A stretch of DNA of 64,000 nucleotides from a virus: IMG/VR virus record IMGVR_UViG_3300036770_001413, positions 43,546 to 107,545 of that record; one strand, written 5' to 3'. Under the pieces are notes generated by a model. It did not search any database. It was given only the letters and a program-made list of their open reading frames with translations, and had not been told where the DNA came from. Below are positions 1 through 11,810 of the stretch, piece after piece. A program made the translations under genes and the position numbers. How positions within the stretch are numbered: the stretch's first letter is position 1; every line of letters begins with the position of its first letter.

Positions 1-176
1 GACCTAACTTCTCTGGCTAGCATATCTATCTTGGCCCTATTGTTTTTCATTGCCGTTACGGATAAGAAGTTTCCTTCATCATCGCCAATCCATCTGCCAT
101 CAGGCATCTCCCAAACATAGATTCCAAGGGTAGTTTCCTCTGGAGACATAGTGGCATTTGTTCTTTTTAGGTCCAT
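1..176 (-). CDS. hypothetical protein, 5' part only (runs off the window)
   Basis: ATG at 176 (MDLKRTNATMSPEETTLGIYVWEMPDGRWIGDDEGNFL...), open to window edge; TGG-TAAAAT -10-like element just upstream. Confidence 0.6.
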   Translation of the reverse strand, partial: MDLKRTNATMSPEETTLGIYVWEMPDGRWIGDDEGNFLSVTAMKNNRAKIDMLAREVR

Positions 177-239
177 AGATGTTTATTTTACCACCTTTGT
201 GGGCTTAAGTCCAGCTTTTTGTCAGGCAATATGACAAAA

Positions 240-2111
240 TTATACGTTTTGGATTACGATCCAGTCATTATTATATGATTCAACGCCATCTTCTGTCATG
301 GTTGTTGTCGAAGAATCTGTAATTGAGGAACTTTGTTTACGTCTATATAGGTCATAATTGGCTGCCGCCTGTGTAGAATTAAATGCAGTCTCATATAGGG
401 CTATATATTGATATAGGGCTGAGACTGATCCATATACAGAATAATTAAATCTAATATCATTTGATACCGCCGACCCAAATACTATGAGGACGTGGTGTAA
501 TTGTCCTGCCCTAAATATATTTGAGACATTTGTCTGTGAGGTTTTATTTACCCCATTTACATATATTGCTGAGATATTGGTTTTTGATACCGCCCCCGAA
601 TTGTGCCAAGATATATTTGAAGCGGCATAGCCATTTGTGGCAGTTGTAGAAATTAGCCCACTATCAGTTAAAGTGGCGGGGGTGTAGAAAAATTCTAAAG
701 TCTGAACTCCCTTTGTCGTAGTAATTTCAAATCCAGAATCAACTACTGTCCTTAATCCATTTCTACTATTTCTTGAAAGGATATCATATGGGAGTTTGCC
801 CAAAGTAATTCTATAATCCGATATTCCAGCATCTTCTTCAAGTGTTGTCATATAGCTATTTCCATTATAGGCATATCTGGTTTGATTATTATAGAAAAGC
901 ATATCTAGGTTAAACAGCCTAGGAATATATCTTGTTGTATCTGTAGAGGTAAATATAATTCTCAAATATATTGTTCCTGCCGACGAAAAACTATTTAATG
1001 TATATCCTGGTATCTGTTGTCCATTAATACAATTGTTATAGGTTACTCCATCTATGCTTGCCTGAACAGTAATTCCATTGTCGCCATGCCACTCAATTTT
1101 AGACGAATCAAATGTGGCGGAAGAAGGGATAGAAATAAAATCATTTATAGTAACAGTACTAGATGCTGCAGAATCCGTTTGAGTAATTTCAAGACAATCT
1201 AAAGTAAGGTTATGTGTCAAGCCAGTTGTAACTAATTCGTCCCATCCTTTGCTATAAGGATATTGGAATTTATATAATGAGGACATTTCATCATCATACA
1301 TTTCAAACAATTCTCCATTTGCTGGATCTACTATTTGAATAGCTGGCAAAGGTTGTCCTTGTGCAAAATGATATGCAATTTGATTTTGAGATAAGCCGTA
1401 TCTATATATAGCTACGCTATTTATTAAAAATACATTTGAGCTGTCAGGAGTAGGCCCAGTAATTAGATTTAAATTAGTATTTGTAAACTCAAAATTATTT
1501 AAGCTTTTTGTAGCTGCCAATTGTCCATCTATATAAATTGATGCAGAGTTAACTGAATAAACGGAGGCTACATGAAAGGATTTATTTGTAGAGGGCAATG
1601 TATATTCTACAGAATCTGTATCTAGTTTAAATACTATATTTCCTTTTTGATAAAATACTCCTACGTCTTCCGCCGAATCTCCTACTAAAGGAATTTCATC
1701 AGTTGAAGAAATTTGAGGGTGGAACCAGAACTCTATTGTAAAATCATTATCCGATGATGACGCTGTTCCAAATTGGCTAGTTGTTGCAGTAGCAGTATAG
1801 TCATTGTTAATATTATATATAATTGAGTTGGTATTTGTTATATTGGTTGCTCTACTGTTTCCCGCCACAAGTGGTATTAAATCTGGGGCGGGATCTCCAA
1901 TATAATTCCCATCATTTTCACATCCTGAATGATCATAAGCAACATCTCCATATATATTTGCATATGAAGATATGTTATCTAATACATCTTGGTATGTTGC
2001 AAATTGTGCCAAAAAAGCAGTAAAGTTATCTACTAGATCGACTGTTGTTAGATCGTCTAATGGATAATATGCTATAGGATAATCATATAGCACTGCTGCT
2101 TTATATGACAT
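240..2111 (-). CDS. minor tail/baseplate protein with LamG/concanavalin-A-like domain
   Basis: 623 aa; PIAYYPLDD start, FTIEFWF, HVASVY..IYIDGQL and VAIYRYGLS LamG-like motifs; lies at the end of the tail locus. Confidence 0.65.
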   Translation of the reverse strand: MSYKAAVLYDYPIAYYPLDDLTTVDLVDNFTAFLAQFATYQDVLDNISSYANIYGDVAYDHSGCENDGNYIGDPAPDLIPLVAGNSRATNITNTNSIIYNINNDYTATATTSQFGTASSSDNDFTIEFWFHPQISSTDEIPLVGDSAEDVGVFYQKGNIVFKLDTDSVEYTLPSTNKSFHVASVYSVNSASIYIDGQLAATKSLNNFEFTNTNLNLITGPTPDSSNVFLINSVAIYRYGLSQNQIAYHFAQGQPLPAIQIVDPANGELFEMYDDEMSSLYKFQYPYSKGWDELVTTGLTHNLTLDCLEITQTDSAASSTVTINDFISIPSSATFDSSKIEWHGDNGITVQASIDGVTYNNCINGQQIPGYTLNSFSSAGTIYLRIIFTSTDTTRYIPRLFNLDMLFYNNQTRYAYNGNSYMTTLEEDAGISDYRITLGKLPYDILSRNSRNGLRTVVDSGFEITTTKGVQTLEFFYTPATLTDSGLISTTATNGYAASNISWHNSGAVSKTNISAIYVNGVNKTSQTNVSNIFRAGQLHHVLIVFGSAVSNDIRFNYSVYGSVSALYQYIALYETAFNSTQAAANYDLYRRKQSSSITDSSTTTMTEDGVESYNNDWIVIQNV

Positions 2112-2311
2112 TAATTTATTGCTGTTATTTGAGCTTGTTTCTCAGCAATTTGATCCTCTAAATCAGAAAGCTTTGCTGCATCTGGTGATGTTTTTGCATT
2201 TTCTGCAATTACTTCAACCTCAAGAGCATACATCTGATATTCAAGATTACGTTTTGCTGCAATCTTAATCTGAGCCTTTTCATCATCTGTAAGTTGTGTA
2301 TATGTTGCCAT
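2111..2311 (-). CDS. small coiled-coil protein (tail-associated)
   Basis: 66 aa ORF with GGAGG RBS, overlapping the next gene. Confidence 0.55.
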   Translation of the reverse strand: MATYTQLTDDEKAQIKIAAKRNLEYQMYALEVEVIAENAKTSPDAAKLSDLEDQIAEKQAQITAIN

Positions 2312-2319
2312 TATTCCTC

Positions 2320-2526
2320 CTATATATTATTTAGCCTATCAACTTCTTGTTGTAAGGCATTTTTTTGAGATATCAAATCAGAGATTTGCTGCTCTGTTGA
2401 CATCTTACCATTTGGTATAGGGCCAGTTGAATTATTTTCAGCAAGCCATTCCAATCCTATTTCTATAGCATTTATTTTAGCAGACAATACTTTTATTTTA
2501 TCTATGGTATCCATTAAATCACCCAT
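2320..2526 (-). CDS. small coiled-coil protein (likely start 2514)
   Basis: ORF in tail operon, heptad-like. Confidence 0.5.
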   Translation of the reverse strand: MGDLMDTIDKIKVLSAKINAIEIGLEWLAENNSTGPIPNGKMSTEQQISDLISQKNALQQEVDRLNNI

Positions 2527-4046
2527 GTTAATGTTCCGCTACTTCCAGCGCTATTTGATGCAGTTACATTATATTGTGCCCACGAACCATACGAATCAGA
2601 ATCCCATCCTTGCTGGGGAATATTTAAAGTTGTGGATAAGCTGCTAGAAGAAAGTGTTCCTGAATTTCTAAGAGACCATGGTCCAGTATTAAAGTCTGAT
2701 GAATACACTGTCCAACTATAAGTAATTGGAGTTGTTCCAGAAGACGAAGATGTGAAAGTAGCATTTGTTATATAATTAAAATTATTTCCAGACGAAGGAA
2801 GCTGATACGTTCCTCCACCATTTGTTGGGGTAGATGGCGCTACTGCTGCAGATTGAAAAGTTCCAGATCCACTTGTATATCCTGAATACTTAGTAGTTAA
2901 ACTAACAGAACCTGATTGTGAAGATCCTTGCGAGCCTCCCACATATGCCACCACTTGAAAAGATGTGCTTCCTGAAGTATTTCCTTTTGTATATGTATAA
3001 GAATTAGAAGTTGTAGTAGTAATAAAACTTCCATCTACATAAATATAATATGTAACTGTAGTGTGTGATCCAGATATTGCATTCCAGCTTCCAGTAACAC
3101 GACCATTAAAATTTGCAGATCTTATAAAAACAGTAAAGGAAGTTCCTGCAGTACCGCTTACAACATTTGCAGTTCTAGTACTATCATTTCTATTTGTTAA
3201 AGTTCCAACAGATGAATATCCATCATAAAAAGATATGTTTGTTCCTGCTCCCCAAGATACGTTTGCAGTTGTTTGTCCAGTAACTGTTACGCTAACTGAA
3301 GACGGTGCTCCTGGGGTAATTGTTGAATCAGATACTGACAAACCTGTTACCGTTGGCAATGCAATAAATGAACTGCTATATGCAGAAGCTGAAGATCCTG
3401 TCGATGTATTTGTAGCAGTAACTAGACACCATACAGATGCTCCAACTACAGATGCTGGGATTGTTAGTGATGAGGATGTAGCTCCAGATATTGCTGTTCC
3501 GTTACTTGCGTTATACCATTGATATGAATAAGAGTTTGGATTACCATTCCATGTTCCTGTTGTAACTGTTGCTGTTCCGCCTAAAAATGTGCTACCTCCA
3601 GTAGTTGGCGCTGTAACATTTGTTACAGCAGCACTAGTTACAGTAATTGAATTACTAGATATTACTGGGGTAGATCCTCTATTATTTGTTGCGGTTACTC
3701 TACAAGATATTGCATTTCCAACATCTGCAACAACTGTGCTATATGTAGAACTAGTTGCACCAGATATGTCGCTTGATCCACGTCTCCACTGATAGGAGTA
3801 TGACGCTGGTGAGTATGCTAGATTAGAGTTCCAAGATCCTGTTGTACAAGAAAGAGTATTTCCTTGTGTAGCTGTTCCAGATACTGTTGGTGCCGCCGTA
3901 TTTATTGGATATTCTGGATACCATTGTTTCCATGCAGATCCATTCCACATCCAACCTCTTACTGCATTTTTCCAGGCGGAACCATTGTATAATTTTAATC
4001 CGTTTATATTTTTCCAGTTAGAGCCATCATATAATTTGCTTACCAT
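2514..4046 (-). CDS. tail fibre/adhesin with Ig-like and FN3-like repeats
   Basis: N-terminal LYDGSNWK/LYNGSAWK repeats; two APTVSGT..G.TL.CTTG.W...SYSYQW Ig-like repeats; Ser/Thr rich. Confidence 0.7.
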   Translation of the reverse strand: MVSKLYDGSNWKNINGLKLYNGSAWKNAVRGWMWNGSAWKQWYPEYPINTAAPTVSGTATQGNTLSCTTGSWNSNLAYSPASYSYQWRRGSSDISGATSSTYSTVVADVGNAISCRVTATNNRGSTPVISSNSITVTSAAVTNVTAPTTGGSTFLGGTATVTTGTWNGNPNSYSYQWYNASNGTAISGATSSSLTIPASVVGASVWCLVTATNTSTGSSASAYSSSFIALPTVTGLSVSDSTITPGAPSSVSVTVTGQTTANVSWGAGTNISFYDGYSSVGTLTNRNDSTRTANVVSGTAGTSFTVFIRSANFNGRVTGSWNAISGSHTTVTYYIYVDGSFITTTTSNSYTYTKGNTSGSTSFQVVAYVGGSQGSSQSGSVSLTTKYSGYTSGSGTFQSAAVAPSTPTNGGGTYQLPSSGNNFNYITNATFTSSSSGTTPITYSWTVYSSDFNTGPWSLRNSGTLSSSSLSTTLNIPQQGWDSDSYGSWAQYNVTASNSAGSSGTLTWVI

Positions 4047-4048
4047 GA

Positions 4049-5242
<1,194 letters not shown>

Positions 5243-5250
5243 TTATACCA

Positions 5251-6306
5251 CTAAGACCTTTCGTACCAGCCTTTATCCCATAGGGTTAAAAGGCGGCGGA
5301 AGTAATTATCATACTGTGGAGCAATAGCTTCTAATGAATATTTATTCTTTGCCGTCTCATATATAGTTCTGGGATCTAATTTCTTTACATCCTCTGCCGC
5401 CCTACAAAATTCATCAAGAGTTCTGCATCTATATCCAGTAACTCCATTTATATTTGTTTCTGTAAATGCGCCCCAGTCTGTTGTAATTGTAGGAGTCCCG
5501 CAAAAATGTGCCTCTGGCACAATGTTGCCAAATGGTTCTATGTATATAGTTGGAGCAAATACTGCTATTGCGCCTCCCATTAATTTTGCACGTTCTTCTG
5601 GTCCTACCGCCCCAACAAATTCTCCATATCCATCTTGTGGACCAGCACCTGCAAGAATTAGGCGCTTACCTAAAGCTTGGCAAACCTCTTGTGCGATTCT
5701 ATATCCTTTGCGTTCAATTAGGCGGCCAATGAAAAGATAATAATCTTCCTTTTGTTCTTGAAGTGGGAACATGTGTGGTTCTAAATATCCTGGAATTACA
5801 GCATCAAAGAATTTACCATCGACGGCGGAAGCAAGATTATGCTGTGCATAAATACTATGCATCCAAGCATATGATTCAAATACTCTATACTTAGCAAATG
5901 TTCCTGGATATCCTATTCCAAATTCTACAGACATATGATTTGGGAAATAATCTGCAATTGATTTTTGGGCGTAGCCGCCAATTAAACATATAAAATCTTT
6001 TTGCTGTATTCGCTTTGATAATTCTATAATTACTTTGTTATTATATTTAACCCAATGAGACAGAGATGAATCAAATGATCCAGCTGTATAATGATTACCG
6101 TTTAGACTTTCTAATCTTTCCGTTTCGGAAATACATGGAATATGTTCATCAACGGGGGCGGAATTAAATTCGCCAGCATATAAAAATACTTCATGTCCCA
6201 TATCTTTCATCATCATGCAGAAACGTCTTACCTTTTCAGTAAATGCACATGATGTAAATTCTAAAGTTGTATTTGTATGAGGTAATGATATTACATGAAA
6301 ACGCAT
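5251..6306 (-). CDS. glycosyltransferase family 4 (GT-B)
   Basis: YYLFIGRLIERKG and EPFGNIVPEAHFCGTPTIT motifs. Confidence 0.88.
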   Translation of the reverse strand: MRFHVISLPHTNTTLEFTSCAFTEKVRRFCMMMKDMGHEVFLYAGEFNSAPVDEHIPCISETERLESLNGNHYTAGSFDSSLSHWVKYNNKVIIELSKRIQQKDFICLIGGYAQKSIADYFPNHMSVEFGIGYPGTFAKYRVFESYAWMHSIYAQHNLASAVDGKFFDAVIPGYLEPHMFPLQEQKEDYYLFIGRLIERKGYRIAQEVCQALGKRLILAGAGPQDGYGEFVGAVGPEERAKLMGGAIAVFAPTIYIEPFGNIVPEAHFCGTPTITTDWGAFTETNINGVTGYRCRTLDEFCRAAEDVKKLDPRTIYETAKNKYSLEAIAPQYDNYFRRLLTLWDKGWYERS

Positions 6307-6420
6307 GTATTTATTGTAGCAAATTTAACAATTATTGTAAATATATTGTGTTTTTATTTTTGCATCCAGAATAATCAAAGGCGGCCATTTCCAGGTAGAC
6401 CTATAATTTGTATAATCATT

Positions 6421-7263
6421 TTAACCTATGATTTCGTTATAAATTGCTGTAGCCTCTTCTATAACTTCAGCTATTAGCGGATTACTTAAATCGATATCCG
6501 CATTTGAAGTAACATCATTTGGAAGGTTATAAGACATATTGTCTTCATTCATTCTATCAATTACTTCTTGATTTGTAAATTCAGAAGGAAGCACCATTAT
6601 TTTTTTTGCAATTTTATTTATAATTACAAAAGGATCCGATATTAGTGTTGAAAAATCTACCACACATATATTATTTTTATTATCACGAATTAATTTCATC
6701 CACGCTAGATTGTCTGTTGCAACTCTAAAAATAGACTGTGTGTCTGATTGATCTAAATTTGAATACATTATTGTAGACTTGATAGAGTCTACTGGTGTTC
6801 TTACGGGAACAACAACAATATCAAACTTATTTACAGCTTCCGTAATACTTTTTTTATTATGAAAAAAATTGTATCCAGTATACTGATCGCATTCTTTAAA
6901 TACAAATCCTAATAGATATGAAAGGTATACATTTCCTGATCTTGGAAATCCGTCTACAAGAATTGATGTCTTAGATACATCATTAACCTGAGACTCATTT
7001 GCTAAAGAAAGCCATTTTGTTTTTTCTTGTAAAAGTATAAACTCATCTTTTTCTTCATCATAAAAGCTGCCAAATCCAGCAAACATTTTTCTAAATTGAT
7101 TATTATATGATGTTTGTATCCATGTTCCTTCTAAACCAATTGAAGCAATATAGTCTTTGCCAGCCTGCTCTGATTCTATTCCATCAACGATTAGATTACT
7201 ATTATCTACTACGATAACATCAATTACCATATTATTTTCATTTAACCTTGCAAAATGTGCCAT
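6421..7263 (-). CDS. fusion of a tail-fibre-associated MAHFA domain with a sulfotransferase-like P-loop domain
   Basis: MAHFARL..WIQTSYN..FRK.FAG.G..YD...DEFI N-terminus; DGFPRSGNVYL and VPVRTPVDSIKS resemble PAPS-binding motifs. Confidence 0.5.
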   Translation of the reverse strand: MAHFARLNENNMVIDVIVVDNSNLIVDGIESEQAGKDYIASIGLEGTWIQTSYNNQFRKMFAGFGSFYDEEKDEFILLQEKTKWLSLANESQVNDVSKTSILVDGFPRSGNVYLSYLLGFVFKECDQYTGYNFFHNKKSITEAVNKFDIVVVPVRTPVDSIKSTIMYSNLDQSDTQSIFRVATDNLAWMKLIRDNKNNICVVDFSTLISDPFVIINKIAKKIMVLPSEFTNQEVIDRMNEDNMSYNLPNDVTSNADIDLSNPLIAEVIEEATAIYNEIIG

Positions 7264-8657
7264 TATACTACCACCCTTACTACTACGATTCCTGAACCAC
7301 CATTACCAGCATTTCCGCCGCCTCCGCCTCCAGTGTTTGCAGTTCCTGCTGTGCTTGATCCACCTGCGCCACCTCCGCCACCAGTTCTATTATTTCCATA
7401 TGTTGGATTTCCACCACTATATCCTCCGCCGCCTCCTGCATACGCAACATTAGAACCAGTTCTTATGCTATTGTTTGTGCTTAAACCACCATTACCTGGG
7501 CGTCCTCCACCATTTCCATTTCCACCATCACCAGAATTTCCTTGAGTTGCACTTTCTCCTACGCCACCCATTCCTCCTCCGCCTCCGCCTGCGCCTTTCC
7601 AGTTGGCGTAATTAAACTCTTGACCATTGCCACCATTATAACCAGGATTTCCAGTTCCACCAGCAAGTGATCCAGTGTCGTAGTAACTCATTCCTCCGCC
7701 GCCGCCACAGCCACCATTTGCACCAGGAACCCATGTGCTAGTAACTCCAGCATATGTTCCGCCGCCTCCGCCTCCAGGTGCTGTAAGGGTAGAAGGAAAT
7801 GCTATAACAGAATTGCCTCCATTAACTCCTTTTGCGCTGCTAGATTGTCCAAGACCACCAGAACCAACAGTTACTGCATATGAACCTGCTGGAACGCTAA
7901 CGCTTCCAGTTAATAATCCTCCGCCTCCGCCTCCTCCTTGGCCTCCTCCTCCGCCGCCGCCTGCAACTATTAAGTAACTAATTGTTGATGTTGATAAAAC
8001 ATTTAATGTTCCAGAACCAGTAAAAGTATTTACTAAATAATTTGTTCCACCAGATGAATATTGTGTTATTGTTCCACCATTAATTACAATATTGAATGTA
8101 GAACTTGATTGAGCTTCTGTTCCTAATCCAAGGAGTCCGTTAGCATCTTTGCTTACCAGCAAAATATTACCATAATTATTATGCGTAGCACCGCCGATAT
8201 TAACTGAAGTTTTAGGAGAAGTTGTAGTTGCCAAAGATGTGCTAGTGCCATTTCGGAAATATGCAACTGTATCCGTTGATCCAGATGGATTTGTCCATGC
8301 AATAGTTCCGTTTGTTCCACCAGTTAGAGTTAAAGAAACTCCTGTTGGAGCCGACATCATTGTATACGAACCAAGTCTTATATTAATATTTGCTGGGTAA
8401 GTCATCCCTGCTGGAATAACGATTTTTGTAGAATTTGTTGGAACTGATATATATCCTTTGCCACCTCTAATTGTTCCATTAAAAACATAACCACTATCTG
8501 TTCCAAAACCTAATGTAAATGAGGATTGCGAAGTGTCAGTTGTGATTTCATATAGTCCTGCCGCCAAAGGTGTAGATAAGGTATATGTTCCTGCCGCAGT
8601 TGCTGGGAATGTTTGTGAAGCTGCATCTCCAAAAAGAAGCGAGTAATTAATTGGCAT
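7263..8657 (-). CDS. glycine-rich tail fibre/adhesin
   Basis: start better placed at 8657 (MPINYSLLF); YLIVAGGGGGG...GGSGIVVVRV Gly-rich domain. Confidence 0.7.
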   Translation of the reverse strand: MPINYSLLFGDAASQTFPATAAGTYTLSTPLAAGLYEITTDTSQSSFTLGFGTDSGYVFNGTIRGGKGYISVPTNSTKIVIPAGMTYPANINIRLGSYTMMSAPTGVSLTLTGGTNGTIAWTNPSGSTDTVAYFRNGTSTSLATTTSPKTSVNIGGATHNNYGNILLVSKDANGLLGLGTEAQSSSTFNIVINGGTITQYSSGGTNYLVNTFTGSGTLNVLSTSTISYLIVAGGGGGGGQGGGGGGGLLTGSVSVPAGSYAVTVGSGGLGQSSSAKGVNGGNSVIAFPSTLTAPGGGGGGTYAGVTSTWVPGANGGCGGGGGMSYYDTGSLAGGTGNPGYNGGNGQEFNYANWKGAGGGGGGMGGVGESATQGNSGDGGNGNGGGRPGNGGLSTNNSIRTGSNVAYAGGGGGYSGGNPTYGNNRTGGGGGAGGSSTAGTANTGGGGGGNAGNGGSGIVVVRVVV

Positions 8658-9070
8658 TATCCTAATCTCCATCCATATGTAGAACCAGTATAAATTAAAC
8701 TAGTCGCTACACCATTTACGTCTAATATTGCGTCTTGAACGCTACCATTAATTTTACCACTATTTGAGTTAATTGTAATATTATACGTCCCCGCCGTTCC
8801 TGATGCATCAAATACTTGAATTTCATTTCCAACTGAAGGAGATGCTGGAAGAGTAAGAGTTCTAGCAGCAGTAGTATCTACAAAATATCTTGTTCCAGCA
8901 ACTAAAGTAATATTAGAAGATATGGACTCATTTACTACCGCCGCTGGTCCTGTTGGACCAGTTGGTCCTTGTGGCCCTGTTGCGCCAGTTGGTCCAGTTG
9001 GACCTTGTGCGGCGGCTACGCCAACAGACTGCCATGCACTTCCATCCCATACTTTAATTAGTTTAGCCAT
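8657..9070 (-). CDS. tail fibre adaptor with short collagen tract
   Basis: KVWDGSAW N-terminus, GPT repeats, YFVDTT..TLTLPASPSVG...YGW C-terminal domain. Confidence 0.6.
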   Translation of the reverse strand: MAKLIKVWDGSAWQSVGVAAAQGPTGPTGATGPQGPTGPTGPAAVVNESISSNITLVAGTRYFVDTTAARTLTLPASPSVGNEIQVFDASGTAGTYNITINSNSGKINGSVQDAILDVNGVATSLIYTGSTYGWRLG

Positions 9071-9206
9071 TAGTTTCCTCCGCCGTCTTTATTTCATCCC
9101 AAACCGATTTTGGCATTGAGGTAAATTCGTTATTTCCCTTATCGATAATTATATGAGTAGATTTAGTTCCATCTGCATTTTCTACTTCAATTTCTTTAAT
9201 ATTCAT
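9063..9206 (-). CDS. small tail-fibre chaperone-like protein (47 aa, not in ORF track)
   Basis: MNIKEIEVENADGTKSTHIIIDKGNNEFTSMPKSVWDEIKTAEETNG; overlaps both neighbours. Confidence 0.5.
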   Translation of the reverse strand: MNIKEIEVENADGTKSTHIIIDKGNNEFTSMPKSVWDEIKTAEETNG

Positions 9207-10333
9207 ATTACCAACTCCGCTGATAGTCCTAAATAACTTGTGCCGCTATTATAACCCGTTAACCAAGCAGGACGATTTGCTGTTAATCCAGATGCATTTG
9301 CTCTAACGACAACAAATAATTCATTTTTATCACTTAAGGTGAAACTAGACGCTGGGCTATTAGTAGTGTGTAAGTCAGTAATTCTTAGATTAGAAGTATC
9401 TATGCTTGTTGGAGCAACTCGCATAGGTACAGGCAACTGTACAACAAAAGAACCACCAGTTGTACTCTCCATAATACCAGAAGTACAAACTAAACCATAA
9501 TTTGTTCCTGAAACTTGTCTCCAATAATATCTTTGGCAGGCAGCAAGTTCTAGAGCAGGATTTCCTGTTGCGGTAGTAAATGTAGTTGCTGTTGATCCAG
9601 CCTCAAGTTGCCATCCCCAAGTATCAAATGTAAATGTTGCACCTGAACCTGTAGGCATATTTAATCTTATTGCCAAGTTATCGTTGCCGCTTGTTCCTAA
9701 AGTTTTTCCAGATAATGATGGTAGGGTAGCTGTATAAGTATAGCGAGTCCAACTTGTTCCTATAGAAACATTTGTTGCTAAAACAGTTTGTGTATTAGAT
9801 GATGGGCTTCCACCTAGCCCCATATCTTGAATTAAATCTATGAGTTCAACAGTCATACTAGACGATGCTTTTGCCCAAAAACTAAATGTTACTGTTTGCC
9901 CAGCAAAGGTTCTAACACCTTCTATAAATTGTCTTAAAAGGTTATTACCAATACCAGCGGATGGGCCGACGCTTTGTGCATAGCGCAAAAAGAAACGACC
10001 CTCGTATCCAGATACTGGAGCACTGCCAGTTGTAAATGTTTGTTGTGAAATTGTTCTAGTTGCACCTGAACCTTCAACATAACAATTAAATCGATCTGCC
10101 AAATAAACACCTACTGAAGAGGCAGGGCTAAAACTTGTTCCTCGTTGCCAAATATTGAAATCGCCGTTAATAATCTTATTTTTACCAGCAGCCCAATATT
10201 CCGATTCTTTTAAATATGCTGTATGTGGATCTGCGGCGGCAGCATGAGAAGCAATAGAACTAGTTACTTCAGCATCAGTAGCCATATCAGTAGATGCTGT
10301 TAGTATTTTAGCTAGATCTCTAATTCTGCTCAT
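9203..10333 (-). CDS. tail fibre with carbohydrate-binding-like domain
   Basis: GKNKIINGDFNIWQRGT...QLEAGSTAT.F...ELAACQRYY; paralogue of 10534-11589. Confidence 0.7.
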   Translation of the reverse strand: MSRIRDLAKILTASTDMATDAEVTSSIASHAAAADPHTAYLKESEYWAAGKNKIINGDFNIWQRGTSFSPASSVGVYLADRFNCYVEGSGATRTISQQTFTTGSAPVSGYEGRFFLRYAQSVGPSAGIGNNLLRQFIEGVRTFAGQTVTFSFWAKASSSMTVELIDLIQDMGLGGSPSSNTQTVLATNVSIGTSWTRYTYTATLPSLSGKTLGTSGNDNLAIRLNMPTGSGATFTFDTWGWQLEAGSTATTFTTATGNPALELAACQRYYWRQVSGTNYGLVCTSGIMESTTGGSFVVQLPVPMRVAPTSIDTSNLRITDLHTTNSPASSFTLSDKNELFVVVRANASGLTANRPAWLTGYNSGTSYLGLSAELVI

Positions 10334-10372
10334 TGTTCTCCTCCGTCCATTTTATCATATTATAAACTCCTA

Positions 10373-10537
10373 TTAGAGTGTTCCGCCTTCTTCGGCATCT
10401 GGGTTTTCTAGCCAGCGAAGATAGCGTTGATAGTCTGAGTTGGCTGGGTCTAGTGGGATTGACCAAGTTTTATTATCTTCATCTGTGCGAAGAATTACCT
10501 GTGAATTATTTTCATAAGTAATCAATTCATATTTCAT
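10373..10537 (-). CDS. small tail-fibre chaperone-like protein (54 aa, not in ORF track)
   Basis: ...SIPLDPANSDYQRYLRWLE motif, typical of genes following such fibres. Confidence 0.6.
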   Translation of the reverse strand: MKYELITYENNSQVILRTDEDNKTWSIPLDPANSDYQRYLRWLENPDAEEGGTL

Positions 10538-11589
10538 AATTCAGAATTCACCTCAATGTAATTTGTTGTGGCACCTGCACCATATAAACGACTAGCAAAT
10601 CCTGGTGTTGCGCCAGATACATCTAGTCTAACTAACAATGTCTGAGTATCCTGGTCTTGAAATCCTATACCAAGTAAACCTACGCCGTCGTGACCAAATG
10701 TTGTGTATGCCGTTGATGATAAACTAGGTTGCACTCTTTTTTGAACCTTATAAGGAATGACGCCCAAAAATAAAGTGCTGCTATAACAACTTGTGTTGCA
10801 ATATTGATGAGTGGCTAATCCAACATTTCCTATGCGCTCATAATACCTTTGGCAAGCGGCTAACTCCCCTGCGAGTGTGCCAGTTGCTGTTGAAAATGGA
10901 GTGGCGACAGAACCAGCCTCAACTTGAACTCCCCAAATATCTACTATGTGTGCAGCAGAATCTTCTTGTAAAATTGGTTGAATATTTAAATAACTATTAG
11001 ACCCAATAGTTTTTCCACTCATTGAAGGCAATGTTACTGTTTGAGTATATCTAGCCCAAGATGTTGTTATATTAAAAGGGCTTGAATAATTATCTACATT
11101 GGAAGATCCACCTGATCCAAAAATTTGTCCCAGATAAGATCTATTTGATACTGTAGCGTCAGCTTTAGCCCAAAAAGATAGTGTTACTGTTTGTCCCGCC
11201 AAAGTTCTTACATCTTCTATTCTTTGCTGAATTGCATAATAGCTTCCGCTGGCGCTTTGTGTACTTCTTAAAAAATAGGTCCCTTCATATCCAGCAACTG
11301 GTGCGGAACCTGGAGCAAATGCTTCTCTAGATACAATAACGGTCTTATTAGTTGCGCCAATCCATCTATCTGCAGTATATAAACCATTTACAGAATTAAA
11401 AGTTGTTCCACGCTGCCAAATCCCAAAATCTCCGTTGATTATTTTATTTTTGCCCGCCACAAAATAATTACTATATGGGACAAGGGCGGAGGTATCATGA
11501 GTATGAGCCCCTACTCCAACTGGAACCCATGTATCAGTTCCTGCATCATAAACATATGCAGGCTTGCTAGTAGTTCCTACTGTTGGCAT
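10534..11589 (-). CDS. tail fibre with carbohydrate-binding-like domain
   Basis: GKNKIINGDFGIWQRGT...GVQVEAGSVATPF...ELAACQRYY. Confidence 0.7.
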   Translation of the reverse strand: MPTVGTTSKPAYVYDAGTDTWVPVGVGAHTHDTSALVPYSNYFVAGKNKIINGDFGIWQRGTTFNSVNGLYTADRWIGATNKTVIVSREAFAPGSAPVAGYEGTYFLRSTQSASGSYYAIQQRIEDVRTLAGQTVTLSFWAKADATVSNRSYLGQIFGSGGSSNVDNYSSPFNITTSWARYTQTVTLPSMSGKTIGSNSYLNIQPILQEDSAAHIVDIWGVQVEAGSVATPFSTATGTLAGELAACQRYYERIGNVGLATHQYCNTSCYSSTLFLGVIPYKVQKRVQPSLSSTAYTTFGHDGVGLLGIGFQDQDTQTLLVRLDVSGATPGFASRLYGAGATTNYIEVNSEL

Positions 11590-11810
11590 TAGTTACCTCC
11601 TAATAATAATTGAGCTTCTTCTTCTGTAATTCCTAGCTTTTCTAATAGGGCTTGGCGTTTGGCTTGTGCTTCTGCCTTATCAGCCTCTACCTTTTCATTA
11701 TACTCTTTCCAAGACTGAAACTTTTTTAGTTCAGATTCTGTAGCATCACGAACTATGGTTTCGCCAGTGGTAATATTATGTTCAGCAATTTGCATATTAG
11801 TTTTCTCCAT
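11589..11810 (-). CDS. tail-fibre chaperone-like protein
   Basis: ends LLEKLGITEEEAQLL, like 15739-16035, 20991-21227 and 23664-23909. Confidence 0.55.
   Translation of the reverse strand: MEKTNMQIAEHNITTGETIVRDATESELKKFQSWKEYNEKVEADKAEAQAKRQALLEKLGITEEEAQLLLGGN

Noticed and set aside
2631-2639. Isolated DnaA box (TGTGGATAA)
   Set aside because: Single copy inside a coding region, compatible with chance.
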